From: a virus
Reading direction: 5' to 3' (one strand)
IMG/VR virus record: IMGVR_UViG_3300024272_002272
DNA length: 37,042 nucleotides
The translations under genes were made by a program, and so were the position numbers. The notes beneath the pieces were generated by a model, which worked only from the letters and a program-made list of their open reading frames with translations, searched no databases and was not told the DNA's origin. The first letter of the stretch is position 1. Each line of letters begins with the position of its first letter. Positions 1 to 7,890 of the stretch are shown one piece after another.

Positions 1-127
1 TTTCTAATAATCCACCAAGTTCTTGTTCAGTTACAGCCATTCTTTCTGCCATTGCTGCAAAATCTCCGTTAGCTTGCTCCATTGAGTAGCCTGTAGATTT
101 AAGCATTTTATCCCATTGTTGATAAGA
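1..127. repeat. Terminal direct repeat, copy 1 (identical to 36916-37042); a circular-contig overlap
   Basis: Read directly: the first 127 nt (tttctaataatccaccaagttc...ttgttgataaga) recur exactly at the window end. The offset is 36915. Confidence 0.95.
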
Positions 128-403
128 TTTAGTAGACATATTTGCCATTTTAGATATTTTATTTATCTCTGCTCCTTGTTCAACATAAGCACCTGTTATA
201 GCCGTTAAACTTCCTGCAATAGAAGCTCCTGTTGTAACTGCAACTTGCCCAATATCTTTCATCTTGTCAGAAGCTTCTTTAGCACTTGCACTTACATTAT
301 CAAAGGTCTTTTTTACATTCCTTAAAGACTTATTAACATTTTTTAAAGGTGTAGTTATTTGGTCTTTTAATTTTATTACAGCTTGTAAAACTTTATCATT
401 CAT
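1..403 (-). CDS. Tail tape measure protein, N-terminal segment (ATG at 403; continues across the circular junction into 35882..36915)
   Basis: Hand translation from 403 gives MNDKVLQAVIKLKDQITTPLK. A GGGAGG RBS lies upstream. The frame is continuous with ORF 35882..37021 once the 36915 offset is applied (403-106 is a multiple of 3). It sits after the chaperone genes. Confidence 0.8.
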   Translation of the reverse strand, partial: MNDKVLQAVIKLKDQITTPLKNVNKSLRNVKKTFDNVSASAKEASDKMKDIGQVAVTTGASIAGSLTAITGAYVEQGAEINKISKMANMSTKSYQQWDKMLKSTGYSMEQANGDFAAMAERMAVTEQELGGLLE

Positions 404-407
404 TTAA

Positions 408-554
408 TTACCTCCCTTCATTTAGGAGTCTATATTCTTCATTTTTTTGGTCGATTTCATAGTGCATAAATGCTCTTACTATTTGCTTTTCACCATATCC
501 CATATTGTAAAATTGCATAGGCATAATATGGTGGTATTTAAACAAGTAATACAT
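408..554 (-). CDS. 48-aa ORF in the -1 frame after the tail chaperone; probably the T part of a G/GT-type frameshifted chaperone
   Basis: Hand translation: MYYLFKYHHIMPMQFYNMGYGEKQIVRAFMHYEIDQKNEEYRLLNEGR*. The -1 frame is open from the slippery site at 584-590 into this ORF. It lies between the chaperone and the tape measure. Confidence 0.6.
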   Translation of the reverse strand: MYYLFKYHHIMPMQFYNMGYGEKQIVRAFMHYEIDQKNEEYRLLNEGR

Positions 555-580
555 TAATTGCACTTTTCCATCAACCTTTA

Positions 581-976
581 TTAGTTTTTTATTTCTTCAT
601 CATTTTCTTGATAGCTTGATAAACCTGTTATAACTGAATATAATTCTGCAAGTTCTCCATCAAGTAATAGCTTTCTAACCAATTCAATAGGTACAGGACA
701 GTTAAAATGTTTCATTAATTCCTTATTTTTAAATACATCTTTGCACCCTTCAATTACTGTTAAAGCTTGTAATTTAAAAGTGTCCATACCTTCTAAACCA
801 TTACTATTTAAATCTACACATTGCATTTGTATTTCGTTTGATTTTTCAGCATCTAAAGCTATACAAGAAAATTCTATTTCTTTTTTTATTTTTTTAAGGT
901 ATATTTTTTTAACAGCTTTAGGCATTTCTATTTCACCTAAATCTATCGCTAATAATGTATCTACAGCATTACTCAT
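581..976 (-). CDS. Tail assembly chaperone (PBSX XkdN-like)
   Basis: 131-aa ORF between the tube and tape measure genes, with a slippery site at its 3' end. Confidence 0.7.
   Translation of the reverse strand: MSNAVDTLLAIDLGEIEMPKAVKKIYLKKIKKEIEFSCIALDAEKSNEIQMQCVDLNSNGLEGMDTFKLQALTVIEGCKDVFKNKELMKHFNCPVPIELVRKLLLDGELAELYSVITGLSSYQENDEEIKN
584..590 (-). promoter_or_regulatory. Candidate -1 programmed ribosomal frameshift heptamer A_AAA_AAC
   Basis: The minus strand reads gaa ata aaa aac taa. An X_XXY_YYZ motif sits immediately before the stop of the XkdN-like ORF. The -1 frame continues cta ata aag gtt gat gga aaa gtg caa tta atg... with no stop. Confidence 0.55.
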
Positions 977-1055
977 AGTCTATATTCTCCTTTGTATATA
1001 AAAATAAAGACTAGAGTAATACCCTAGCCTTATTAAATTTTATTTAGTTTTATTT

Positions 1056-1481
1056 TTAGAAACTATCTAAAACATCCCAGTCAGTAGCAGTAAATGGATG
1101 TTCTGATTGACCTATTGCTCCAACTTCCCAATCCATTAATGTTAAATCATCAAAGCTAACGTTTTTAACTGCTATTCTTTCTGATCCATTAGCATCGGGG
1201 TCTGCTAGTTTGCCTATTAAAGTGAATCTGGGCTCTTTACCTGCTTTTATGCTATCTGATATAAAGTGTATCATTCTTGAGTTTACTTTGTGTAAAGACA
1301 ATGAGCCTTTAACAGTATACCCCATATATTTTGTATCAGTAGCCATTGAGCCTGCTATTTTTACTTCTTCTTTTTGAAATTCAACCTTAACTTGGAAAGC
1401 CTTAACTTCTCCAACCTCTCTATCATTTATCCATAATGAGCCGTGAGTTCCGTTTATTGCATTTTTAGCATTAAAAGCCAT
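1056..1481 (-). CDS. Tail tube protein (XkdM-like)
   Basis: 141-aa ORF directly downstream of the sheath gene. The N-terminus MAFNAKNAINGTHGSLWIN is typical of XkdM-type tube proteins. Confidence 0.8.
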   Translation of the reverse strand: MAFNAKNAINGTHGSLWINDREVGEVKAFQVKVEFQKEEVKIAGSMATDTKYMGYTVKGSLSLHKVNSRMIHFISDSIKAGKEPRFTLIGKLADPDANGSERIAVKNVSFDDLTLMDWEVGAIGQSEHPFTATDWDVLDSF

Positions 1482-1494
1482 AATTTAACACCTC

Positions 1495-2559
1495 CTATAA
1501 GTTGATTTCTAAAGATATTTCTTCCATAGCATCTATAAGTTTTATATTAGCCATTAAAAATACTTTATCTTTTGTATTAGCTTCTTTTATTTCTTGTTCA
1601 CTCATTTCAGAAGTGTCAACACCTATAGACTTTAAGTATTTAATTTGTTGAGCCATATCTATAGCAACAGTAAAATCCTTTTCTATAAGTTGTTCTTTTG
1701 CTAGTTCTTCAAAATATGAAGTTATAGCAGTCATTAAGATACATTTATTATCATAGTTGTTAGCAACCTTGCCTATATATGTATCTATACAAGTTTTTCT
1801 TATGTCGTTGTGTATTAAATCCATAGTATCAACTAATTTTATTTTTTGGAATAAATCTCCCTTTTCAGTAGTAGTTGTAACTAAAGAGTTTACACCTCTC
1901 GCAACTCTAACTTTACCCATTTCTTTTACAAGTATCAGTTCACCTTTTCCAACTCTTTCTTCTGATTGTTCCTTAGTTTGAGAAGGTATATCTAGCACAT
2001 TTCTAGGTACTGCATAAGTTACTGATTGATTTAAAGGAGTTCCTGCTATAAGCCCTGCTATAACACAGCAAAACTCATCTGAGTTCATTTCTCCTTCTTT
2101 CATAGTAGCCGTATTTGTAGAATTTACTATTCCTTCATAATCAGCTTCTAAGTTCATTACTGCCTTTACTCTAACTTTTATATCATTTCTCATTTTATCT
2201 ATAAAAGTCTTAACAGTTTCTTTTTCTTCTTCCTTAACTTGAGGAACTACTAAATAATTAAATTCAACAGTTTCTAAATAGTCTAAAGCTGTTTTTAATT
2301 CAACCTCTTCCCCTACCACATAAGCTACAACTTTGCTTGGAGCAGTAACATTCCCTAACAAAGTTAGGTTTATGTATTTTTTATTAGCCTCTGATAAGTT
2401 AGAAGGTATATCATAAGCCCCTTTTATATTATAAAGCCCTAATTCTTGAGTATCTCTAAGTATTAAAGCTACTATTCCTGTATTACCTCTTTGTATAGCA
2501 GTAGAAGCTTTTTGCTTAAATTCAACTATTACACTTGGTAATCCTATATTTGAAGCCAT
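1495..2559 (-). CDS. Contractile tail sheath protein (XkdK-like)
   Basis: 354-aa ORF preceding the tube gene. Size and synteny match the PBSX-like sheath. Confidence 0.85.
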   Translation of the reverse strand: MASNIGLPSVIVEFKQKASTAIQRGNTGIVALILRDTQELGLYNIKGAYDIPSNLSEANKKYINLTLLGNVTAPSKVVAYVVGEEVELKTALDYLETVEFNYLVVPQVKEEEKETVKTFIDKMRNDIKVRVKAVMNLEADYEGIVNSTNTATMKEGEMNSDEFCCVIAGLIAGTPLNQSVTYAVPRNVLDIPSQTKEQSEERVGKGELILVKEMGKVRVARGVNSLVTTTTEKGDLFQKIKLVDTMDLIHNDIRKTCIDTYIGKVANNYDNKCILMTAITSYFEELAKEQLIEKDFTVAIDMAQQIKYLKSIGVDTSEMSEQEIKEANTKDKVFLMANIKLIDAMEEISLEINL

Positions 2560-2573
2560 TTAATCACCTCTTT

Positions 2574-3026
2574 TTACTTAATATTTACATCAATGTTATT
2601 CATAATATCAAAAGTATCTTCATTGCCACTATTTGAAGCCTTAACATTGATTTCATCAAAGTAAGTTATATAAATTAAAAAATCTAACATATCACCAACT
2701 TCATCAGTTAAGAAATTAGGTTCAACGTTAGATATATTTAAAAACCTATCTTTTACTTTTAAATTTCTAGCAAATAAGCAATCTAGCCTATCTGCCATGT
2801 CATAATTATCTAATTTGCTACTACCAAAATATTTTACTGATAACATTAATTGCTTTTGGTTAGTCTTTAAAGTAGAAGCTTTGCTTGTAACTGGTACCAA
2901 GGTTACATAAAAACATTCGTTCTCAAAAGTCCCCTCTTGATTTTCAACTATAACATCACAATTAAAGTTATCAGATAAAATTTTAGTAGTAGAAAATAAA
3001 ATATCTTTGTAAGTTATCATAATCAT
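2574..3026 (-). CDS. Tail completion/terminator-like protein (call based on position)
   Basis: 150-aa ORF between the head-tail joining genes and the sheath. No motif recognised. Confidence 0.4.
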   Translation of the reverse strand: MIMITYKDILFSTTKILSDNFNCDVIVENQEGTFENECFYVTLVPVTSKASTLKTNQKQLMLSVKYFGSSKLDNYDMADRLDCLFARNLKVKDRFLNISNVEPNFLTDEVGDMLDFLIYITYFDEINVKASNSGNEDTFDIMNNIDVNIK

Positions 3027-3037
3027 TAACCTACTTT

Positions 3038-3400
3038 CTAATCATTAAATAAATTCTCTATCATCATAGAAAATTCACTTGTTAGAGTTTCTTCTATTTC
3101 TTTTACTGATTTAGTAAGCATATATCGACCGTCAACAAAAGATTTTCCACCTCTAGTTCTATGACCATATTCAATGTACGGTGCGTAGTGAACATTGTTA
3201 TATATAATCCTAGCTAAATCTCCGTCTTTTTTAACTCTCCAACTTCTTCTAAGCACTCCACTATCTACTGGAGTTTTTAATTTAACTTTTGCAATAAGCT
3301 TTTGAGAAATTTTGTTTAAAGATTTACTAGCTTCTTCATCAAAATTATTACTAGCATTATTCAAAGTTCTAATAAATCTATTTAAGCCTTGAATATTCAT
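3038..3400 (-). CDS. HK97 gp10-like head-tail joining protein
   Basis: The motif KTPVDSGVLRRSW...YAPYIEYGHRT resembles the HK97-gp10 family. Synteny agrees. Confidence 0.65.
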   Translation of the reverse strand: MNIQGLNRFIRTLNNASNNFDEEASKSLNKISQKLIAKVKLKTPVDSGVLRRSWRVKKDGDLARIIYNNVHYAPYIEYGHRTRGGKSFVDGRYMLTKSVKEIEETLTSEFSMMIENLFND

Positions 3401-3756
3401 TATGCCCTCTCTTTATAGCTTAATAAAGTTTCACTATGAGATGAATAACAAAAAGGCTTAGAAGCTAAATAGATAGATATTTTACCCATACTAGATACCT
3501 CAACTATATCACCTTCTCGTACGTCTACGTTAGGGTTTAAAAATAATAAATGAGAAAAAGCTAAAGCACCTATCCCGTCAACGTTCATGGTTTGGATATC
3601 CTTTTTAGATAAAGCACATTTAGCATCTTCTACAATTATTATTTCTTTAGTTTCAGTTACTCCAGTATTAAGGTTTTTTATCTTTTCTTTTCTCTTAATA
3701 GTACATCTATCAAAGTAAGTACTTTCTAATATTTCTATATCAGTCATTAAAAACAC
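3400..3756 (-). CDS. Head closure / head-tail adaptor protein (call based on position)
   Basis: 118-aa ORF, translationally coupled within the head-tail joining block. Confidence 0.5.
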   Translation of the reverse strand: MFLMTDIEILESTYFDRCTIKRKEKIKNLNTGVTETKEIIIVEDAKCALSKKDIQTMNVDGIGALAFSHLLFLNPNVDVREGDIVEVSSMGKISIYLASKPFCYSSHSETLLSYKERA

Positions 3757-4091
3757 CTAACTTTTCTATATGTATTTAATATTTTCTTCTCGCTATCAGT
3801 TAAACCAACACCTGTTGAAGAAGTTTGGATAGCTTCGCCGACATTATATTCGATTTTAGTATCACCACGGCTTATAGACTTAATCTCTCCTGTATTTTGA
3901 GTGCCACCAGTTACAGTAGGTTTCATAATAGATACAACTTTATCTTCTATGAAACTTTCTAATCCTTTTGATAGCTCATTTACATTGCAATAGTCTACAA
4001 CCATAGTTTCAACCTTAGCTAAATATAATAAAATCATATTGTCATGCTTTTCATCAGTAATATTTAATAAAAGTTTTATATTTTCTAACAT
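3747..4091 (-). CDS. gp6-like head-tail connector protein (call based on position)
   Basis: 114-aa ORF immediately after the major capsid gene. Confidence 0.5.
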   Translation of the reverse strand: MLENIKLLLNITDEKHDNMILLYLAKVETMVVDYCNVNELSKGLESFIEDKVVSIMKPTVTGGTQNTGEIKSISRGDTKIEYNVGEAIQTSSTGVGLTDSEKKILNTYRKVRCF

Positions 4092-4152
4092 ACAATCACC
4101 TCACCTTTTTAAAAAAGGCAAGGGATTTATTCCCCTACCTTAGTAGTTTTAA

Positions 4153-4977
4153 TTAAGCTTTTCTAGATCTTCCAGCACTAGCTATTTTTATAGCTTTAGT
4201 AACATCTGCTAAATGAACTGTATAGTGCTTATCAACTGTTAATTCAGTAGCTCTTATATTGTGTATTCTTTCAGTTTCTAAAGAAGTATCTTTCTTTAAG
4301 TATATAGCTATAGCTCCTGGCTTAACTATGTAGTTAGTGTTAGTTACTCTGTTAGATATAACAACGTCACATCCATGTATTTGACCAACAGAACCTTCAA
4401 CTAAAGCTTCTCTTCCTAATTCTTGAACAGATAACCATGTTGGGTCTTGCTTTAATGTGTGAAGTTGAGCAGGAGAAACTAATAATACCTTTTGTCCTTC
4501 TAAGTCTTCACCAAATTTTACAAGCGCTTCAGATACTACTTCAGCAGATAAAGCTTTATTTATAGTCATTTCTTCTCCTATACCTTCTAAACAAGCCATA
4601 ACATCAGTGTCAACTTTTGCAGCTATAGCTTTTGCTAATTGTTTAGATGCTTGACCTAATGGATCTCCGTATCCTGATAATATAGCTTCATCAGTTATTC
4701 TAACACCTTTACCAGCTTTTTTAACTGTTACATTTTCCATTTCAGTAGCTAGTGCTTCAACTGGTATAGCTTCACCTTCTGCAACATCTGCTGCTTCACC
4801 TATCATTTTGTAAGCAGGTAAAGATATAGTGTTCCCTGGTCTACCAACTAATGTATTGTCTACTGTTGCAAGTGGAGCAAATTTTATAGCGAATTCTAAT
4901 TCTCCGTCTACCATAGAAGCTAATACTTCTGGGTTTATCATTTTATCTAATTTAGTCATAGTCATATTAAATACCAT
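4153..4977 (-). CDS. Major capsid protein (HK97-fold type)
   Basis: 274-aa ORF after the scaffold gene. The real start may be the ATG at 4965 (MTMTKL), which is better spaced from the AAGGA RBS. Confidence 0.8.
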   Translation of the reverse strand: MVFNMTMTKLDKMINPEVLASMVDGELEFAIKFAPLATVDNTLVGRPGNTISLPAYKMIGEAADVAEGEAIPVEALATEMENVTVKKAGKGVRITDEAILSGYGDPLGQASKQLAKAIAAKVDTDVMACLEGIGEEMTINKALSAEVVSEALVKFGEDLEGQKVLLVSPAQLHTLKQDPTWLSVQELGREALVEGSVGQIHGCDVVISNRVTNTNYIVKPGAIAIYLKKDTSLETERIHNIRATELTVDKHYTVHLADVTKAIKIASAGRSRKA

Positions 4978-4983
4978 CCTTTA

Positions 4984-5553
4984 TTATTTGTTTAATTCAT
5001 TAAATAAATCTTTGTTTTCGTTGTATAAGTTCATTTTTTCCATGTAACTCATATTTTTAAATTGTTCTTTAGTTATTGAAGTTGCGCTTGAGCTTGTAGT
5101 GGTTTTCGGTACATTACCTCTTAGTCTTTCAGTTACTACCTTCTCTACTGCTTCATTAAATTTAGCTTCAAATAACTGTATATTTTCAAAAGTTTTTTCT
5201 GCATCATTACCTTTTAGCATTTCTGCAAATTCTATTGGTAAGCTTTTAGAAGCTAATTGCTTAGAAGTTTCATTTAAAAGTCTTTCATTCTCAAAAGCCC
5301 TTTTAGTTTCTTCAAATTCTCTTACTTGTTTTTCAAATAATTTCTTTTGCCTTTCTTGTTCAGATAGCCTAGATAATTCCTCGGCTTCTTTTCTTTCAGC
5401 TTCTATCTTAGCTTCTATATCTTTTCTTTCTCTTTGAAGTCTTTTGTTTATTATTTCATTAACTTCTTCTTGAGTAAAAGTCTTAACCTCTACTGTATCA
5501 ACTTTTACATCTTCTTTTATTTCTTCATTAACAACGTTGTTTGTATTTTCCAT
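4984..5553 (-). CDS. Capsid scaffolding protein
   Basis: 189-aa, highly charged, coiled-coil-like ORF (many E/K residues) directly upstream of the capsid gene. AGGAGG RBS. Confidence 0.75.
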   Translation of the reverse strand: MENTNNVVNEEIKEDVKVDTVEVKTFTQEEVNEIINKRLQRERKDIEAKIEAERKEAEELSRLSEQERQKKLFEKQVREFEETKRAFENERLLNETSKQLASKSLPIEFAEMLKGNDAEKTFENIQLFEAKFNEAVEKVVTERLRGNVPKTTTSSSATSITKEQFKNMSYMEKMNLYNENKDLFNELNK

Positions 5554-5633
5554 TTAATCCTCCTAGTTTTAAGTCATAGTAGACTTTAAATAATCCGAGT
5601 TTTCTTTAGTGTCTAAACAAGTAAAAAGACAAT

Positions 5634-5666
5634 AAAAAAGCCCTTACTAAATCAGTTAGTAAAAGC
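5634..5666 (-). terminator. Rho-independent terminator (minus-strand sense)
   Basis: On the minus strand: GCUUUUACUAA-CUGAU-UUAGUAAGGGC, an 11-bp stem including 2 G-U pairs, followed by UUUUUUAUU. Confidence 0.55.
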
Positions 5667-5699
5667 CAAAAAAGACTATATATTATATATATTTATTCT

Positions 5700-5822
5700 T
5701 TATTCTTTGATAGTGTTGCCCTTTAATTGCCCTATTGTTGCCCTTAAAGTAGCTCAAAGCATTGAAAACACTATGTTTTAATTGCCCTATTGTTGCCCTT
5801 TAATTGCCCTTTTGTTGCCCTA
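5700..5822. repeat. Phased iteron array (7 x TTGCCCT at an 11-bp register), a diverged duplicate of the array inside the initiator gene
   Basis: TTGCCCT starts at 5716, 5727, 5738, 5782, 5793, 5804 and 5815, all congruent modulo 11. Positions 5700-5721 are identical to 18787-18808. Confidence 0.8.
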
Positions 5823-5966
5823 TTATTTAATTTTATAAAATTTAGCCCATTCTTTGTAAGTCATAGATGAAGGAATTTCTATACTTTTTCCCTTTTCATC
5901 TCTAGCAAATCTAGTAGACATATTATCTTCTACATAAGGAATAGTTGTTGTTCTACAGTAAGGGTG
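5823..5966 (-). other. In-frame continuation of the head morphogenesis ORF beyond its TGA (47 codons plus TAA)
   Basis: Hand translation after the TGA at 5967-5969: HPYCRTTTIPYVEDNMSTRFARDEKGKSIEIPSSMTYKEWAKFYKIK*. With the upstream PPFH this completes the PP-H-P-CR motif of the Mu F/SPP1 gp7 family. Confidence 0.55.
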
Positions 5967-6860
5967 TCAATGAAAAGGAGGCATATTTACACCAATAACT
6001 GCATCCTTAACATTAAACACCTCCCCGTCTAAATCTTGACACATTTTAGAAGTTCTTTTATCTAAAGTAGCAAGAATTTCATATTTATCAACATCACATT
6101 CTACATAAGCCTTTTGAGAAGAAGTTTCCATAAAATATGAATGCTCTGTATGTATAAGCCTTAAACAGTTTTTATAATCTGCATCTAGCTTTTTACTTAA
6201 AGCTCTTGAAGTTTCTTTAACTCCTTTACCTTGTATAATCATTTGGGTTAATTCCTGGACCATAGCATTTTTAAATTTAGTTCTATTAATCCATAAATTT
6301 TGACTATAGCTTCTACCACTCCAAGGAAAGGCCAAAATTTCTTTTATCATGTCATTATCTATATATGAAAAAGCAGCTCCAACACCTATTGATTTGTGTA
6401 TATCGAATATAGTTTGGTAGTAATTATCTTTTATAGTGCTACTGTAAGTCATTGTAAGCCTTTTATTTGTGCTTTCATATACTTCATTAATGTATTTACC
6501 ACATTGATAAAACATTTCTTCTAAACGGGAAATTCTACTTTTCATAGCTAAAGTGTTTAACTCAAGTAAAAGCTCTTCATTTCCTGTTTCTTCTATAAGT
6601 TTCATATAGGACTTTAAATCCCTTTTAAATTCTCTAAATTCACTACTATTCAAATATTTTTTTGCATCAGAATAAGATAGGTTGTTATCCTTAGCATATT
6701 TATAAAATAAATTGCTAATTTCTTTACCTATCTCATTCATAGCTTTTTTATATTCATCAACTAATTCTTTTTCTATTTTTTTTAAATCTTTTAAGCCTTT
6801 TTTAAGTTTATAAGCTTCTCTTTTTTCCCAGTATTCTTTACTAGACAAATTATTCTTCAT
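5967..6860 (-). CDS. Head morphogenesis / minor head protein (SPP1 gp7 / Mu F family), ending at an in-frame TGA
   Basis: 297-aa ORF downstream of the portal and methylase genes. It ends ...VNMPPFH* in the middle of the family motif. Confidence 0.75.
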   Translation of the reverse strand: MKNNLSSKEYWEKREAYKLKKGLKDLKKIEKELVDEYKKAMNEIGKEISNLFYKYAKDNNLSYSDAKKYLNSSEFREFKRDLKSYMKLIEETGNEELLLELNTLAMKSRISRLEEMFYQCGKYINEVYESTNKRLTMTYSSTIKDNYYQTIFDIHKSIGVGAAFSYIDNDMIKEILAFPWSGRSYSQNLWINRTKFKNAMVQELTQMIIQGKGVKETSRALSKKLDADYKNCLRLIHTEHSYFMETSSQKAYVECDVDKYEILATLDKRTSKMCQDLDGEVFNVKDAVIGVNMPPFH

Positions 6861-7890
6861 TTATAGCACCTTCTTTATTTTGTGCATTAAAAAAAGCTTC
6901 CTCAATTCTTTTAGAAGCTATATCAAAATAATTATTATCAAGTTCTATGCCTATAAATTTTCTATTGGTATTCATACAAGCTACACCAGTTGAACCACTT
7001 CCCATAAAGCAATCTAAAATTATGTCACATTTGTTAGATGATGTTTTAATTATATACTCTAATAAATCTACTGGTTTAGGAGTTATATGCCCTTGCTTTT
7101 TAGCTACTTCGTAATTCATTACAGAGTGATGTTCTTTTAAATTATTAAACGTATACCTTAAATCTTCATATTCTTGTCTTAAATCTTCATATTCTTGTCT
7201 TAAATCTTCATATGACTTATCAAAATCTAACACTTTTGATAGTACCTCGTAGTGTTTTTTTGTTATAAACTCAAATTGCTTGTAATTCTTATCTAATTTA
7301 TGTTTTAATATTGTTTTAGCACTTGCTCTATTTCTTGCTATACCGTTATCTATGTATAAATCCACAAGTCTATCATCATTATACTTGAGCCCTTTTTCCA
7401 TCAGTTTACTATAAAGATATTCTTTTATGGGCTTATAATTATCTACATCTCGTTGTACTCTATTTAATCCAGCCTCATCTTGAAAAGTATAATACAAGCA
7501 GTACTCAGCCATTTGCTTGTAATTCCTTAATCCATTTACGGCACAATGACCATCTAAATACCCTTTTAAGCTACTTCTATCAAATCTTTTATTCCATACT
7601 AGCAACTGCTTAAAAACAAAATCAGTATTATTATTTATATAATTTTGTAGTTCCACTATCTGTAAAAAGTCATTATGGAAAAAATAAAAACTACCATTAC
7701 CTTTTAATACTCTTTGGCACTCTTTAAACACTTTCCCCATGAACTCCACATACTCATTTACTGTTTTCCATTTATCCCATTTTTTATCTTTTCCTATATT
7801 GTATGGTGGGTCTATTAGTACGAGATTAACAGACTTATCTTCTATATCTTTAAATATACTTAAGCAATCCCCATTATATAATTTATACAT
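6850..7890 (-). CDS. Orphan DNA methyltransferase (N6-adenine/N4-cytosine, beta class)
   Basis: DPPY motif (VLIDPPYNIG) near the N-terminus and FMGSGSTGVA (AdoMet motif) near the C-terminus. It overlaps both neighbouring genes. Confidence 0.8.
   Translation of the reverse strand: MYKLYNGDCLSIFKDIEDKSVNLVLIDPPYNIGKDKKWDKWKTVNEYVEFMGKVFKECQRVLKGNGSFYFFHNDFLQIVELQNYINNNTDFVFKQLLVWNKRFDRSSLKGYLDGHCAVNGLRNYKQMAEYCLYYTFQDEAGLNRVQRDVDNYKPIKEYLYSKLMEKGLKYNDDRLVDLYIDNGIARNRASAKTILKHKLDKNYKQFEFITKKHYEVLSKVLDFDKSYEDLRQEYEDLRQEYEDLRYTFNNLKEHHSVMNYEVAKKQGHITPKPVDLLEYIIKTSSNKCDIILDCFMGSGSTGVACMNTNRKFIGIELDNNYFDIASKRIEEAFFNAQNKEGAINEE
7157..7213. repeat. 21-bp in-frame tandem repeat (2.7 copies) inside the methyltransferase gene
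   Basis: cttaaatcttcatattcttgt occurs at 7157-7177 and 7178-7198, with a partial copy at 7199-7213. It encodes EDLRQEYEDLRQEYEDLR. Confidence 0.9.

Noticed and set aside
5967-5969. Genome-wide TGA reassignment (code 4 or 25)
   Set aside because: TGA terminates at least one other well-defined gene (22163..22558). All other long ORFs are intact under the standard code. Only this single gene shows an internal TGA.
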